Below are positions 51,277 to 64,000 of a stretch of 64,000 nt of DNA, piece by piece. How positions within the stretch are numbered: the stretch's first letter is position 1; each line of letters starts with the position of its first letter. A model generated the notes under the pieces. The model did no database searches. It was not told the DNA's origin and saw only the letters and a list, made by a program, of their open reading frames with translations. This DNA comes from Mobula hypostoma. Lineage: Eukaryota. The DNA is taken from the NCBI RefSeq assembly GCF_963921235.1, contig NC_086106.1, positions 78,306,001 to 78,370,000 of the forward strand, in the 5' to 3' direction. Both the position numbers and the translations under genes were made by a program.

Positions 51277-51345
51277 CTCAAATTGTCATTGCAGCTGCCT
51301 GCGACTGTTTCCGTAACAACAGTGCCGGAGATACGGTGTCACCTA
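51277..51345 (-). other. CMC4: Putative non-coding exon 1 of CMC4 (5' end uncertain)
   Basis: Minus-strand donor GAG|GTAACT at 51277/51276, at the edge of the CpG cluster. The first coding exon has an acceptor, so an upstream exon is required. Confidence 0.55.
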
Positions 51346-52090
51346 AAACTAGGTTCGTGCTCGTCCCAGAAGGAGCGGATGAGAATAATTAAAATCTTCT
51401 CAAACGTCCGACATAACTAGGGATACAAAAAAAAATTTCTCAACCCCCCCCCCGCGTCCGTAAAAACGGAAAAACTCCACATTATGTCTTGTTGTTTGTG
51501 TCAGAGTCACAGCTACAGTTGGAAAATACCCCGGAACTATGTCGCAGCCTGTGTTTTCCAACCGACGCCATCTGTTTCCCTTGCTGTCGGGAAGACAGAA
51601 CATCCGGTTTTGATAAATCGATTTTAGACTCGATTTGCAGCGGTTATCGGGCAGACATGGCGGTGTGTGGGGTTCACCTGGACTCTGATGCTTTCCTCGT
51701 ATGTTTGAATCACGCTCTGTCCACAGAAAAAGAGGAAGTGATGGGCCTCTGTATTGGAGAGGTACAAATTCCTTAGCAACCAGGCCGGGCGACCGTCGTC
51801 CTAGCAACCGCGCGCCCCTCCGAACAACCAGGGCCTCCCCTTAGTAACGGGGCTGGGTTCTCTCGCGCAGCGTCCGAGCTTCTCGACCCGCGGCACAGCA
51901 ATGAAAACCGTCGCCTTAGGGACAGAGTTTGTGGCCTCCCAACCAGGCCCGGGTCCATTACAAAGGCCACTGTACCGACGCCAAGGCAGCAACCGCTGTT
52001 TGGTTTCCACTGGACCAACGGTTCTTCAGTGGGCTGTTCATGATGAGCAGAGGGGTGGCTATTTGCCCCATCCTGTGCTGGCGTCAGGTA
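51300..52090. promoter_or_regulatory. Bidirectional CpG-rich promoter shared by CMC4 (-) and BRCC3 (+)
   Basis: Highest CpG density in the window and head-to-head genes. ETS-like ACATCCGGT at 51600-51608 and several X-box-like motifs. Confidence 0.75.
51657..51761 (+). CDS. BRCC3: Lys-63-specific deubiquitinase BRCC36, exon 1
   Basis: Encodes MAVCGVHLDSDAFLVCLNHALSTEKEEVMGLCIGE; donor GAG|GTACAA. Confidence 0.96.
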
Positions 52091-53752
52091 AAAGTCCCAT
52101 TCAAGTAACGAGAAAGTAAACAAGCCTCTAGAAACCGAAAACTAGGGAGAGAGTTGCCAATGCATTTTAGAGCCCCCCCCCAGTAAAATTGTACAAACAG
52201 TTGTTAATTATTCAACTATTACAAATTTTGTAGATATCGTCTAGAAAATGGCAATTTGGGACTTGGGAGAAGCAGGCGACTATGAGCTAAAGACTTCAAA
52301 AGATTTCCAGCATTTGAGTAGAGAATGATTGCACTAATCATCAAAACTCACATTTTGCTCCATCATCTACCAGAATGATAGAAGAAGAAAAATTAGATCT
52401 TCATTCTAAATCAATCTGATAAGCTTTTCTATAAATGTCTGCTTTTCCCTCAGATTCATATGGTTAATTTCTTACCCCTTTCAACTCTCCATCCCGATTT
52501 CTTGGGGCAGGTTAGTGATTGTAGCTGCCTTGGTTTCATCTTGGTACCTTTAAGGATGCTTTTCTTTTTCTTTAGGATAACAGTCTATCACATCAGTTTT
52601 GACGGAGCAATTTTCCATACTGACATTGCTGATATGTCTTTCCTCTTCCACTGTATTTATAGAATTCACAAGAGTAGCCAGCCAATTTTTCACATATCTA
52701 TCTGATCTTCCCTCTTTCCTAAAAAAAAAATGATGTCCGGATTCTTCTATTTCTTGCCTTCTAGCCTCTACCTTCATCAGATCATTTCTTACCATTTCTT
52801 GCATCTCTGGTGAACTACCATCTCCTTCCTCCTCCTCTTGGGACAACTGTCCTTTTGATCTTCTCACAGTGTCCAGAGACTATAAACATTTTGTTTTCTG
52901 TGAAATACAAATATATTTGTGTATTTTAAAAGTCCTGTACTATATTCAATGCTCATGGATTTTTACATTGTGGAAACCAATTGCAGAACAGATGACAACA
53001 TAACTCAATTCATATGTGTGACTTTGAGCTTCTGATAACCTGTCTCTTTAACTCTCTGTCTTGCTAGCCTGACCTTCATATCTTGGGCTACTCCACTGTT
53101 CCAATAATGCCTGATGTAATTTTTCAATGAGTTACAGCTTAGGTTCAACATTTTCAACAATTTTTGATAGTAATTCTGTAATCCTCATATGGACTTGTTT
53201 TTGTCTTTTTACTTGTCTCATTATCTCACTCTGTCACCTGCACCATCATTGCTTGTGTTATATTATCTGGGAAACATCAATTTTTCCCATGCAGGGGCAT
53301 TCAACATATTCTTCCAGTGCTCTTTCGATTGGAGGTTGGTTTAAGAGAGCAATAAATATTATCCACTGTTCAAAAATCAAGGCAAGGATAAGCAGCGTAA
53401 CAACAGAAATGTCGTTTGATCCTGGTGTGGGAAAGCTTTGAGAAGCATTGATCTGGAACAGGGTTAATGAATCACTTGGAGAAAAATAGGTTGATTGAGA
53501 TAAACCAGCCTGAATATTTAAGGCAAATATATATATTTTTAACAAACTTGGCACTTTCTAATGAGATAATGGATAGAGTTGTTGTGGTCATGCAATTGAT
53601 GTGGTGTGCATAGATTTCCAGATACCATTTCATGGACTTAATAGCAGAGGTGAAACACATGGCACAGAAAGGGCATTTGGTAGTTGGCTAAGTAACAGTA
53701 GAAGGTTGTGGTGAATAGTTGCTTTGGGGTCGAGAAGATGGTGAGCAAGCCC

Positions 53753-56700
53753 ATAAGATATAGGAATAGAGCTAGGCATTTAGCCCGTCGAGTCTGTTCT
53801 GCTAGTTCATCATGGCTGATCTATTTTCCTCTCAACCCCAATCTCCTGCCTTATCCTCCTATCCCTTCATGCCCTGACTAATCAAGAATCTATTAACCTC
53901 TGCCTTAGATATACCCAATGACTTGGCCTTCACAGCAGCTTGTGGTAATGAATTCCACAGATTCGCTACTCTTTGGCGAAAGAAATTCCTTCTAATCTCC
54001 GTTCTAATGGATGTACCTCTATTCTGAGGCTGTGTCCTCTGGTCTTAGACTCCCCACCATAGGAAACATCCTCTCCACATCCATTCCATCAAGGCCTTTC
54101 ACCATGCGATATTTTTCAATGAGATTCCGCCTCTCCCCATTCTTCTTAATTCCAGTGAGTACAGGCCCAGAGTTATCAAATGCTCCTCATATGATAAAGC
54201 TTTCAATCCCAGGATCATTTTCATCAACCTTTGAACTTTCTCCAATGGTAGCACATCCTTTCTTGGATAAATCCTTGCTTTTAAATCCTAGTCCTCTCAA
54301 AATGAATGCTAACATTGCATTTGTCTTCCTTATCACCAACTCAACCTGCAAGTTAACCTTCAGGGAATCCTGCACAAAGATTCCCAAGTTCCTTTGCACC
54401 TCAGAGTTTTGAATTTTCTCTCCATCTAGGCTTTTATTTCTTCTTCTAAAGTGCAGATCTTACACTTCTAGACACTATATTCCATCTGCCATTTCTTTGC
54501 CCATTCTCCTAATCTATCTCTTTTGGTAGCCTCTCTGTTTCCTCGACACTACCTTACACTCCACCTACCTTCGTATCTTCTGCAACCTTGGTCATAAAGT
54601 CTTCAATTCTGCCATCCAAATCATTGACGTATAAGTAAAAAGAAGCAGCCCCAACACAGAACCTTGTGGAATACCAGTAGTCACCAGCAGTGAACCAGAA
54701 AAAGTTCCCTTTATTCCCACTCGTTGCCTCTTGCCTCCTGCCAATCAGCCAATGCTGTATCCGTGCTTAGTATCTTTCCTGTAATACTAGGGGCTCGTAG
54801 CTTGTTAAGCAGCCTCGTGTGGCACCTTGTCAAAGGCCTTCTGAAAATCCAAGTACACAACATCCACTAATTCTCTTTTGTCTATCCTGCTTGTTATTTC
54901 TTTAAAGAATTCCAACAGATTTGTCAGGCAACGTTTTCCCTTAAGGAAACTGTTGAATGCGACCTATTTTATCATGTGGCTCCAAGTACCCTGAAACCAC
55001 ATCCTTAACAATCAACTCCAGCATCTTCCCAACCACTGAGGTCAGAATAATAATTTCCTGCAATTTCCTTTCTTTTGCCTCTCTCCTATCTTAGAGTGAC
55101 ATTTACAATTTTCCAATCCTCCAGAACTATGCCAGAATCCATTGATTCTTGAAAGATCATTACTAATGCCTTCACAGTCTTTTCAGTTACTTCTTTCAAA
55201 ATGCTGGAGTGTAGACTATTAGTCCAGGTGATTTATCTACCTTTAGATCTTTCAGTTTCCCAAGCACCTTCTCACACACTTCTGCCTCCTGACACTCTCG
55301 AACTTTCAGCATACTGTTAGTGTCTTCCACAGTGAAGGCTGACACAAAATACTTATTCAATTTGTCCGCCATTTCTTTGTCCCCAATTACTACCTCTCCA
55401 GCATAATTTTTCTGCAGTCCGATATCTACTCTCACCTCTTTTACACTTAATATATCTGAAGAAACTTTTGGTATCTTATATATTATTAGCTAGCTAATCT
55501 TTGTATTTTTTCCTCCTTTATGACTTTTTTAGTTGCATTTTGTTTTTTTAAAAGCTTCCTAATCCTCTTAACTTTCCATTAACTCTTGCTCTGTTATATA
55601 CCCTCTCTTTGGCTTTTATTTTGATTTTGACTTTGACTTCTTTTGTCAGCCACGGTTGTGTCATGCTGCCTTTAGAATACTTTTTCTTCTTTGGTATGCA
55701 TCTATCCTGCGCCTTCCAATTGCTCCCAGAAACTCCAGCTATTGCTGCTCTGCGGTCATCCATTCCAATCAGTTTTGGCCAGCTCCTCTCTCATGCCTCT
55801 GTAATTCCTTTTACTCTACCGTAGTACTGATATATCTGACTTTAGCTTCTCCTTCTCAAATTGCAGGGTGAATTCAATCATATTATGATCACTTGCCCCT
55901 AAGTGTTCTTTTGCCTTATGCTCTCTAATCAATTCTGGTTCATTGCACAACACCCAATCCAGAATAGTTGATACCCTAGTAGGCTCAACCACAATCTGAT
56001 CTAAAAAGCCACTCATAGGCATTCTAGAAAATCCCCCTCTTGGGATTCAGCACCAACCTGAGTTTCCAACTCTACCTGCAAATTGAAATCCCCCATGACT
56101 ATCGTAACATTGCTGTTTTGTCTTGTGTTTTCTATCTCCCATTGTAATTTGTTGACCACATCTTTGCTACTATTTGGAGTCTGTATGTACCTCCCATCAG
56201 GGTCTTTTTACCCTTGTAGTTTCTTAGCTCTACCCACAGTTTCTTAGCTCTACCTTTCAATCCTACGTCACTGCTTTCAAATTATTTGATTTCATTTTTT
56301 TTTATCAACAGAGTCACCCCACCTCCTCCGCCTACCAGCCTGTCCTTTCAGTACAATGTGTATCTTTGGACATCAAGTCCCAGCTGTGATTTCCTTTCAG
56401 CCACGATTCAGTGATCCTACAATGTCATACATGCCCATCTGTAACTTTCCTAAAGTTCATTTACCTTATTCTGGATACTGCATGCAATCATATGTAACAC
56501 TTTCAGACCTGTATTCATCACCCTATTTGATTTTGTCTCCCTCTTACGTTGCAATCATCCGGTTGACTGCAAATTTGCCCTATCGTCAGCTTCTCCTTGT
56601 TAGCAGTCTCACCACACACTGCCTCTGTTTGTAAACCAATTACCCCATCCTCAGCTCTATCACTCCAGTTTCCATCCCCCTGCCAAACCCTCCTGTACAG

Positions 56701-59230
56701 CTCTAACAAACCTGCCTGCAAAGATAATGGTCCCACTCAGGTTCAGGTGTAACCCATCTCTTTCATACAGGTTTTCCTTCCCCAGAAGAGCTCTGAATGA
56801 TCCAGAAATCTGAACCTCTACCTCCCTACCCCCACCATGCATTCATCTGCCTAATCATCCTATTCTTACTCTCACTGATGCATGGCACAGGCAGCAATCC
56901 AGAGATGACTACCCTGGGGGACCTTTTCAACTTTCTACCTAGCTCCCTAAATTCTCTCTTCAGGACGTCCTCACCTTTCCTACTTGCAGTGATGCTTGAA
57001 AGTTTGTGAACCCTGTAGAATTTTCTCTATTTCTGCATAAATATGACCTAAAATATGATCAGATCTTCATGTAAGTCCTAAAACTACAAAGTAGATAAAG
57101 AGAACCCAATGAAATAAGTAACACAAAAAAAGTTATACTTGTTCATTTATTTATTGAGAAAAATTATTCAATAGTACATGTATCTGTTGGAAAAAATATG
57201 TGAACCTCTTTTTTAAAAAAAATGCTATTTGGAGTCAGATGTTCCAATCAATGAGATGAGATTGGAGGTGTGGGTTGTAGAGGTGCCCTGTCTTATAAAA
57301 AAGACACACTAAGTCAGGTTACTGACAGAGCCTGCTCTTCTCAAGAAAGATCTGTTTGTGTACCATGCCTCAATCAATATAATTTTCAGAGGACCTTGGA
57401 AGAAGAATTGTAGAGGTAGAGATACACGAAGCTGGAAAAGACTACAAAAGCATTTCTAAAGACTTAAGTGTTTGTTAGTCCATAGTGAGAGAAATTGTCT
57501 ACAAATGGAGGAAATTTAGTACTGTTGCTACTCTCCCTAGTAGTGGGCATCCCGCTAAGATCACACTAAGAGCACAACATGCAATGCTGATGGAGGTGAA
57601 AAAGACCTGCAGAAATCTCTAGAGCTTGCTAAAGTTCCTGTTCATGTGTCCACAATAGGAAAGACACTGAACAAGAAGGGTGTTCATGAAAGGACACTAC
57701 AGAGGAAACCACTGCTCTCCAAAAACACATTGCTACACATTTCAAGTTTGCAAAAGACCACCTGGATGTTCTACAGTGCTTCTGGGACAATGTTCTGTGG
57801 ACAAATGAGGCAAAAGTTGAACTTTTTGGTAGAAGTGCACATTGCTATGTTTGGAGGAAAAAGGGAACTGCACACCAACACCAAAACCTCATCCGAACTG
57901 TGAAGCATGGTGGAAGAAGCATCATGGTTTGGGGCTGCCTCAAGGTCTGGACCACTTGCTATCATTGAGGGAACAATGAATTCAAAATTTTATCAAGGCA
58001 TTTTACACGAGAATGTCAGGGTAGCAGTCCATCACCTGAAGTTGGATGATGCAACAAGACAATAATCCAAAAGACAAGAGTAAATCAACAACAGAATGGT
58101 TTGAAAAGAGGAAAATTTGTGATTTGGAATGGCTGAGTTAGAGTCCTGACTTTAATCCGATAGAAATTGTATAGAAGGACCTGAAACAAGCAAAGAAGTC
58201 CACCAATATCCCAGATTTGAAGCAGTTTTGTAAGGAAGAATAGCCTAAAATTCTTCCATGCTGATGTGCAGGACTGATCAATAGTTACTGGAAATGGTTG
58301 GTTAAAGTTATTGCTATACAACTGGGTCACACCAGTTACTGAACGCAAAGGTTCACATACTTTTTCAACAAATACATGTAATATTGGATCATTTTCCTCA
58401 ATAAATAAATGAACAAGTATAATGATTTTTGTATTATTTATTTAATTGGGCTCCCTTTATCTAATTTTAGGACTTGTGTAAAGATCTGATCACATTTTAG
58501 GTCATGTTTATGTAGAAATAGAGAAAATTCTGCAGGGTTCACAAACTTCCTAGTACCACTATATGTCATTGGTACCAATATATAACAAGACTTCTGGCTG
58601 CTCACCTTCCCCTTTTAGAATGCTGTGGACCTGATCTGAGACATCCCTGACCCTGGCAGCTATGAGACAACATACCATCTGGATGTCTCTATCATGTCCA
58701 CAGAATCTCACCTCCATACCTCTAGCTATGGAATCTCCTGTCACTACTGCAATCGTCTTCACCTCTCTTCTCTTCTGAGCCACAGCACTAAAATCAGTGC
58801 CAGAGACCCAGTTGTTGCAGCTCCCCCGGTAAGTTGTTCTCCTTAACAGTATCCAAAGTGATATACTTATTACTGAGGAGAACAGCCACAGGTACTCTGC
58901 ACTGGCTGCCCATTTCACTTACTTCTCCTGACAGTCACCCAGTTACCTACCTTCTGCAAACGTGGGGTGACTATCTCCCTGTAGCTCCTATCACTTCTTC
59001 AGTCTCCCATATGAGCCAATGGTCATCAAGCTACAGCTTCAGTTCCTTAACACATTCTCTGAGGTGGTACACCTTGTGCAGATGTAGTTATCCTGGAGGC
59101 TGGAGGGCTCCCAGAGTTCCCACATCTCACACACCAAATAAAACACAGCCCCTGATGTGAGGTCATTCTCACTGAGCTAACTGTGCCCTAACAGACGAGG
59201 ATTGAAGAATTAAGAAGAAGAAACTTACGT
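53753..59230 (-). mobile_element. Near full-length decayed CR1 LINE in BRCC3 intron 1, split by a Tc1
   Basis: SGNH esterase ORF1 motifs (VTGDS, IGTND, DGLH), endonuclease (LGASDHNMIEF), RT remnants and a 3' tail at about 53753. Confidence 0.88.
56987..58561 (+). mobile_element. Full-length, inactivated Tc1 (DD34E) DNA transposon with long IR/DR-type TIRs
   Basis: About 220-bp inverted termini starting CAGTG, in a TA-type target. Transposase pseudogene at about 57365-58342 with WTNEAK, QQDNNPK and SPDFNPIE; 34 codons separate D and E; stops and frameshifts present. Confidence 0.92.
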
Positions 59231-61133
59231 CCCCAAGTTAGATGATTTAAAGCCACTTTATGACTGGACCACTCACACAATGGCAGCTCCGCTTGCCCCT
59301 GCCTTATTTTTATTCATCTTTTCTAATGCATCCTGCTCACTGATTGGGCACAGTACAACTCCAGGATTTAATTTGAAGATCATATTTAATTTGTATTAAT
59401 GACCTCGACATGAGAATGGAACTAACTGTTTCTAAATTTGAGGCAGACACAAAACTTTGTGGCTTGTGAATCGTGTGAGCGGATTGTGTTAGGTTGAAAT
59501 AGGATAGCTGCAGATTAGTAGAATGGGCAGACATGGGGCAGATGAAGTTTAATGTAAGGAGATGCAATTTTGGAGGAAGAATGAGGACCTGTGATATAGA
59601 ATACTCTAAAATGGTTCAAAGTAAAATGTATTTTCAGAGTACATCCATGTCACCACATTACAACCCTGAGATTCCTTTACTGTGGGTGTACTTGGCAAAT
59701 CTTTTGAACAGTAACTAAACATCAGGAGCTGTAAACTGCAAACAAACTGCGTAATTGCAAATAGCAATAAACAACGTGCATGAATTAACAATATAACAGA
59801 GTCCTTAAACAAGTGTAGCTGTCCCCTTTTGTTCAAGAGCCTGATGGTTGAGGGCTAGTAACTGTTCCTGAACCTGGTGGTACGAGTCTTGAGGCTCTTG
59901 TACCTTCTACCTGATGGCAGCAGCGAGAAAAGAGCATGGCCTGGGTGGTGAGGATCTGGAGCAAAGAAACTTGGAGCTATGTATGTGAAAATAATTGAAA
60001 CTTCCTGGACATACTCAATTCTGGGCTTTATTAATAGAGGCCATACAATATAAAAGCAGGGAAGTTATGACAAACCTTTATAAAATCCTTGTCCTACCTT
60101 GTCTGGAATATTGTGTTCAATTCTGGTTATCTCATTATAGTAAGGAAATGAAATAGAGGATTACAGGAATCCAACCATCTTGTTAAATGAACAATGAGAT
60201 TTGTTTGAAGAGAATCACCTTTCATTTTTCTGAACTACACTGATCATAGGTTTATCTAATGGAATCTCTCCTTGTGCAATAATGTACATATCCCAGGAAT
60301 CAGTCCAGTAAATTTATACTGCACTTCTAAACCTACCTTTATTGCATCTTTGTATGGAGATTGAAAGTGCATAAGCCAGGAATTTAAATTTGATCACATT
60401 TCATTTACACTTGCATGCACATGTTTGTACTTAATGATTATTGGGGGTGGTCATGTATCAACTTCCAGTGGTAGCCATTTGCAGGGTTTTACCTAAAGTA
60501 TGTACAATTACTACAAAACTTGATTACTTTTATAGTTCAATCTCCTTTGAAGAAAGGCCAACATATTATTTGCCTTTCTGATTACTTGCATGTTAATTTT
60601 CTGCATTTTATGTACCTGTACACTTAGAACCATCTGTATTCCTCTATTCTGCTACTACTCTTAACCAAATTAATAAACTCACATTACATTCCATCTGCTA
60701 CCTTTTGTCTCTTCGCATACTCTGTTTTGCTCTGTAGTTACCTTACATCTGCAATGCTCATGTTTTTCACCTACCATCAACAAACATGAGTAGAGTGAAT
60801 CCATTTCTCTAGACATTAACTATGCTGATTTCCCAGTATTGGTCCTTTTCATTGCCCACAAGTAAACGCTTTCCAGCTAAAAATGATTATACCTGCTTTA
60901 TTTTTGTCATGCCCATTAACCATTCTATCCATGCAAATATTTCCTTCCTGACCCTAGAGTTCTTATTTTGTACAAGAATCATTGTGTGGCAGATTATTAA
61001 TTAACTCTTAAATTAATTTTTGTTTCTCTGACTCATTGTGAGTCTACTTTCCACAACAGAGTGCAGTGTGACACCTGTGACAGACTAAGAAGTAAATGAA
61101 AGATAATTAATGAGTTTGTTCACATTTTCTTAG

Positions 61134-61253
61134 GTTGACACAAGCAGGATTGTTCACATACATTCCGTTATCATCCTCCGTCGCTCAGATAAGCGCAAAG
61201 ATCGGGTGGAAATTTCTCCAGAGCAACTTTCTGCAGCCTCTACTGAAGCCGAG
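61134..61253 (+). CDS. BRCC3: BRCC3 exon 2
   Basis: Encodes VDTSRIVHIHSVIILRRSDKRKDRVEISPEQLSAASTEAE. Acceptor TTTTCTTAG|; followed by the U12 donor ATATCCTTT. Confidence 0.96.
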
Positions 61254-61823
61254 ATATCCTTTCAGTAATTGCACTGTGGAGATTGCTATTGTGAAAAATT
61301 CACTGTTTCACAACATGTTCTTGTTATTTATTTCCAGACTGTGCTAAATTATCTGCTACAAATATTGTCAGATATTTTTTCTCCATATTTTCACAAGGTG
61401 GCTAAATATTAGGGAATGAGGAACTTCTGAACCTCATCAGATAGCCCCAGATGGGATACGGTACACATTTGATGGGCAGTAAGGGGAGAGATTTTAGATA
61501 TAAACAAGTTTGTTATTTGCTGAATAAAACTTCTAGGATGCAGATAAACTCACATTAAACAATAAAATCAAAATATGATGCAGACAATTTTTAAAGTTTT
61601 CTGGAAAACACTAGAAATTAATGTAAAATTTCAAAAACATTCATTCATACATTTTCTATGTATATCAGTGAAGTTTACATTTTATGTACATTAAGGTGTT
61701 ATTATAGGAAAGCTGTAAGGAGAGTTGTAGACTTGGAAAATAATAGTGTTCTAGGATTCTGGAAGAATATCTGTAATAAAGTTACATTAGATTACTTTAT
61801 TATCTTTAACTTAGATTTTGCAC
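61254..61823 (+). other. BRCC3: U12-type (minor spliceosome) AT-AC intron, 570 nt
   Basis: 5' site ATATCCTTT, branch site TCTTTAAC at 61803-61810, terminal AC at 61822-61823. This junction keeps the conserved EAE|RLA frame. Confidence 0.93.
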
Positions 61824-61911
61824 AGATTGGCTGATATGACTGGTCACCCGATGAGAGTGGTGGGATGGTATCATTCTCATCCACATATTACTGTATGGCC
61901 TTCACATGTAG
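61824..61911 (+). CDS. BRCC3: BRCC3 exon 3 (JAMM/MPN+ motif); later exons not found in the window
   Basis: Encodes RLADMTGHPMRVVGWYHSHPHITVWPSHV; donor TAG|GTAAGT. Confidence 0.96.
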
Positions 61912-62816
61912 GTAAGTGAATGACTGAACTGCACAATGAGTAACCATTCCTTAATTTGCCTTGTGCAAGCAATTTAAAGTATTCCTTGCTTGCAGTGTCT
62001 TCTGCACCTCACTGACATACAATTCTGTAGATGTTGACAGTTCACTGGAATGGATTTTAACTTACTGATTTATCTGTTCATTGTATATCCTGGAAACGTT
62101 CAATGGGTCAGGAAGCACCTTTGGAGAGAGAAACAGAGTTAACCTTTCGGGTCAAAGTCCTTTGGTCAATACTGGAAAGGAGTACTGGAAACAAGTTATC
62201 TTTAAATTGCAGAGAGGGTGGGGACAAGGTAAAGGAGAACAAAGGGAATAATATCTCTGATAAGTGAGGCCAGATTTGCTGTGGACATAAACTATAAACT
62301 AACTCATCAGGTACTTGGGTTTATGTGGGCAGTTAGGGAAAGAGGATTTGAGCAAAGGTAAATACATATTATAAAATGAGCACTATTAGAGAGTGAGAAC
62401 CTAAACGGAGGAATATAAAAGTTTCAAAATACAGAGCTGTAGGACATGCCTGATAGGACGTAAAAACTGACCCAATATCATAGGTAGATTAGCCAGTTCT
62501 AATACAGATAGAAAGCAAGTTTCTTAAAGTTGTAACATTTGTTATTGAGTCTAAAAATTTGTCTAGATAGAAGATGAGATACTGTTCATCAAGGCTTTGT
62601 TATAATAGTGTAGCAGATCAGAATCACATTGGTCATGACTGTGAGATTGGCAATAAAGATGAAGACGCAGAAAGAAATTGAAATAAAGCACCCTATGTTT
62701 AGTCTACAGAATGCTTCTAAACTTCCTGTTGGCTACCAATTTAATACAGCAGAAACTGTTAGTGTTCTCTCTTCACTTTTCACTGAGCCCCTTTGGAGCA
62801 TTTTTGTTGATTTCCT

Positions 62817-64000
62817 AGACATAGAAACATAGAAAACCTACAGCACAATACAGGCCCTTCAGCCCACAAAGCTGTGCCGAGCATGTCCTTACCTTAGAAA
62901 TTACCTAGGGTTACCCATAGCCCTCTATTTTTTGAGCTTCATGTACCTGCCCGGGAGTCTCTTAAAAGACCCTATCATATCCGCCTCTACCATTGTTGCC
63001 GGCAGCCCATTCCACTCACCACTCTCTGCATAACAATCTTACCCCTGACGTCTCCTCTGTACCTATTTCCAAGCACCTTAAACCTGTGCCCTCTTGTGCT
63101 AGCCATTCTAGTGCTGGGAAAAAGCCTCTGACTATCCACACGATCAATGTCTCTCATCATTTTATACACCTCTATCAGGTCACTTCTCATCCTCTTTCGC
63201 TCCAAGGAAAAAAGGCCAAGTTCACTCAATCTAGTCTCATAAAGCATGCTCCCCAATCCAGGCAACATCCTTGTGAATCTCTTCTGCACCTTTTCTATGG
63301 TTTCCACATTCTTCCTATAGTGAAGTGACCAGAACTGCAGAACTGAGCACAGTACTAAAAGTGGGGTCTGACCAGGGTCCTATATAGCTGCAACATTATC
63401 TCTCGGCTCCTAGGCTCAATCCCATGATTGATGAAGGTCAATGCACTGTATGCTTTCTTAACCATGGAGTCATCTCCATCTACTGTTCTACCTTCATCAA
63501 TGTGTTTAGTCACATACTCAAAAAAAATTCAATCGGGCTCATAAGGCATGACCTGCCTTTCGCAAAGCCATGCTGACTATTCTTAATCATATTGTGCCTC
63601 TCCAAATGTTCATAAATCCTGCCTCTCAGGATATTCTCCATCAACTTACCAACCACTGAAGTAAGACTCACTGGTCTATAATTTCCTGGGCTATCTCTAC
63701 TCCGTTCTTGAATAATGGAACAACATCTGCAACCCTCCAATCCTCCAGAACCTCTCCCATCCCCATTGATGATACAAAGATCATCGCCAGAGGCTCAGCA
63801 ATTTCCTCCTGTGCCTCCCACAGTAGCCTGGGTACATCTCATCTGGTCCCAGTGACTTACCCAACTCAATGCTTTTCAAAAGCTCCAGTACATCCTCTTT
63901 CTTAATATCCACATGCTCAAGCTTTTTAGTCTGCTGTAGGTCATCCCTACAATCGCCAAGATCCTTTTCCATAGTGAATACTGAAGCAAAGTACTCGTTA
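62817..64000 (-). mobile_element. Young CR1 LINE, truncated by the window end
   Basis: ORFs 63510..63740 (PGNYRPVSLTSVVGKLME) and 62987..63307. Same subfamily tail as 28797-29527. Confidence 0.9.

Noticed and set aside
52550-52867. 105-aa acidic ORF antisense in BRCC3 intron 1
   Set aside because: Low complexity with no recognisable domain; possibly a decayed LINE ORF1, but I cannot support a call.
51762-61133. Equivalent of the extra human BRCC3 segment LNDDTRSDSKFAYTGTEMRTVAEK
   Set aside because: Not found. Exon 1 joins the next exon in frame (IGE|VDT), as in fish BRCC3.
1-64000. Prokaryotic-type systems (CRISPR arrays, operons, defence islands), tRNA and rRNA genes
   Set aside because: The DNA is intron-containing vertebrate sequence; I saw no repeat-spacer array, rRNA or intact tRNA.

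Overview
Vertebrate genomic DNA, most likely from a cartilaginous fish (ray or shark). This is inferred from the repeats: CR1 LINEs with an SGNH-esterase ORF1, Rex1/Babar LINEs, Penelope-like elements and an HE1-type SINE. Almost every ORF in the supplied track is spurious or transposon-derived; the real genes are spliced. I reconstructed them by hand: (i) a complete 5-exon FUNDC2 (+, 28282-36581, 151 aa); (ii) a complete CMC4 CDS (-, 47965-48902, 59 aa) with a probable non-coding exon 1 in a bidirectional CpG-rich promoter shared with BRCC3; (iii) the first three coding exons of BRCC3 (+, from 51657), including a U12-type AT-AC intron; (iv) a miR-222-family hairpin (+, 21248-21334). FUNDC2-CMC4-BRCC3 matches the human Xq28 gene order. 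The most interesting unexplained structure is around the miRNA. It has a candidate host transcript with an NF-kB/AP-1/TATA promoter and a spliced 78-codon ORF that runs through the hairpin. Further items are a duplicated 145-bp hairpin unit on either side of FUNDC2 exon 1, fold-back Penelope-like mini-elements with hammerhead ribozyme cores and 13-14 bp target-site duplications, and a full-length decayed Tc1. Repeat boundaries are approximate and no database searches were run.
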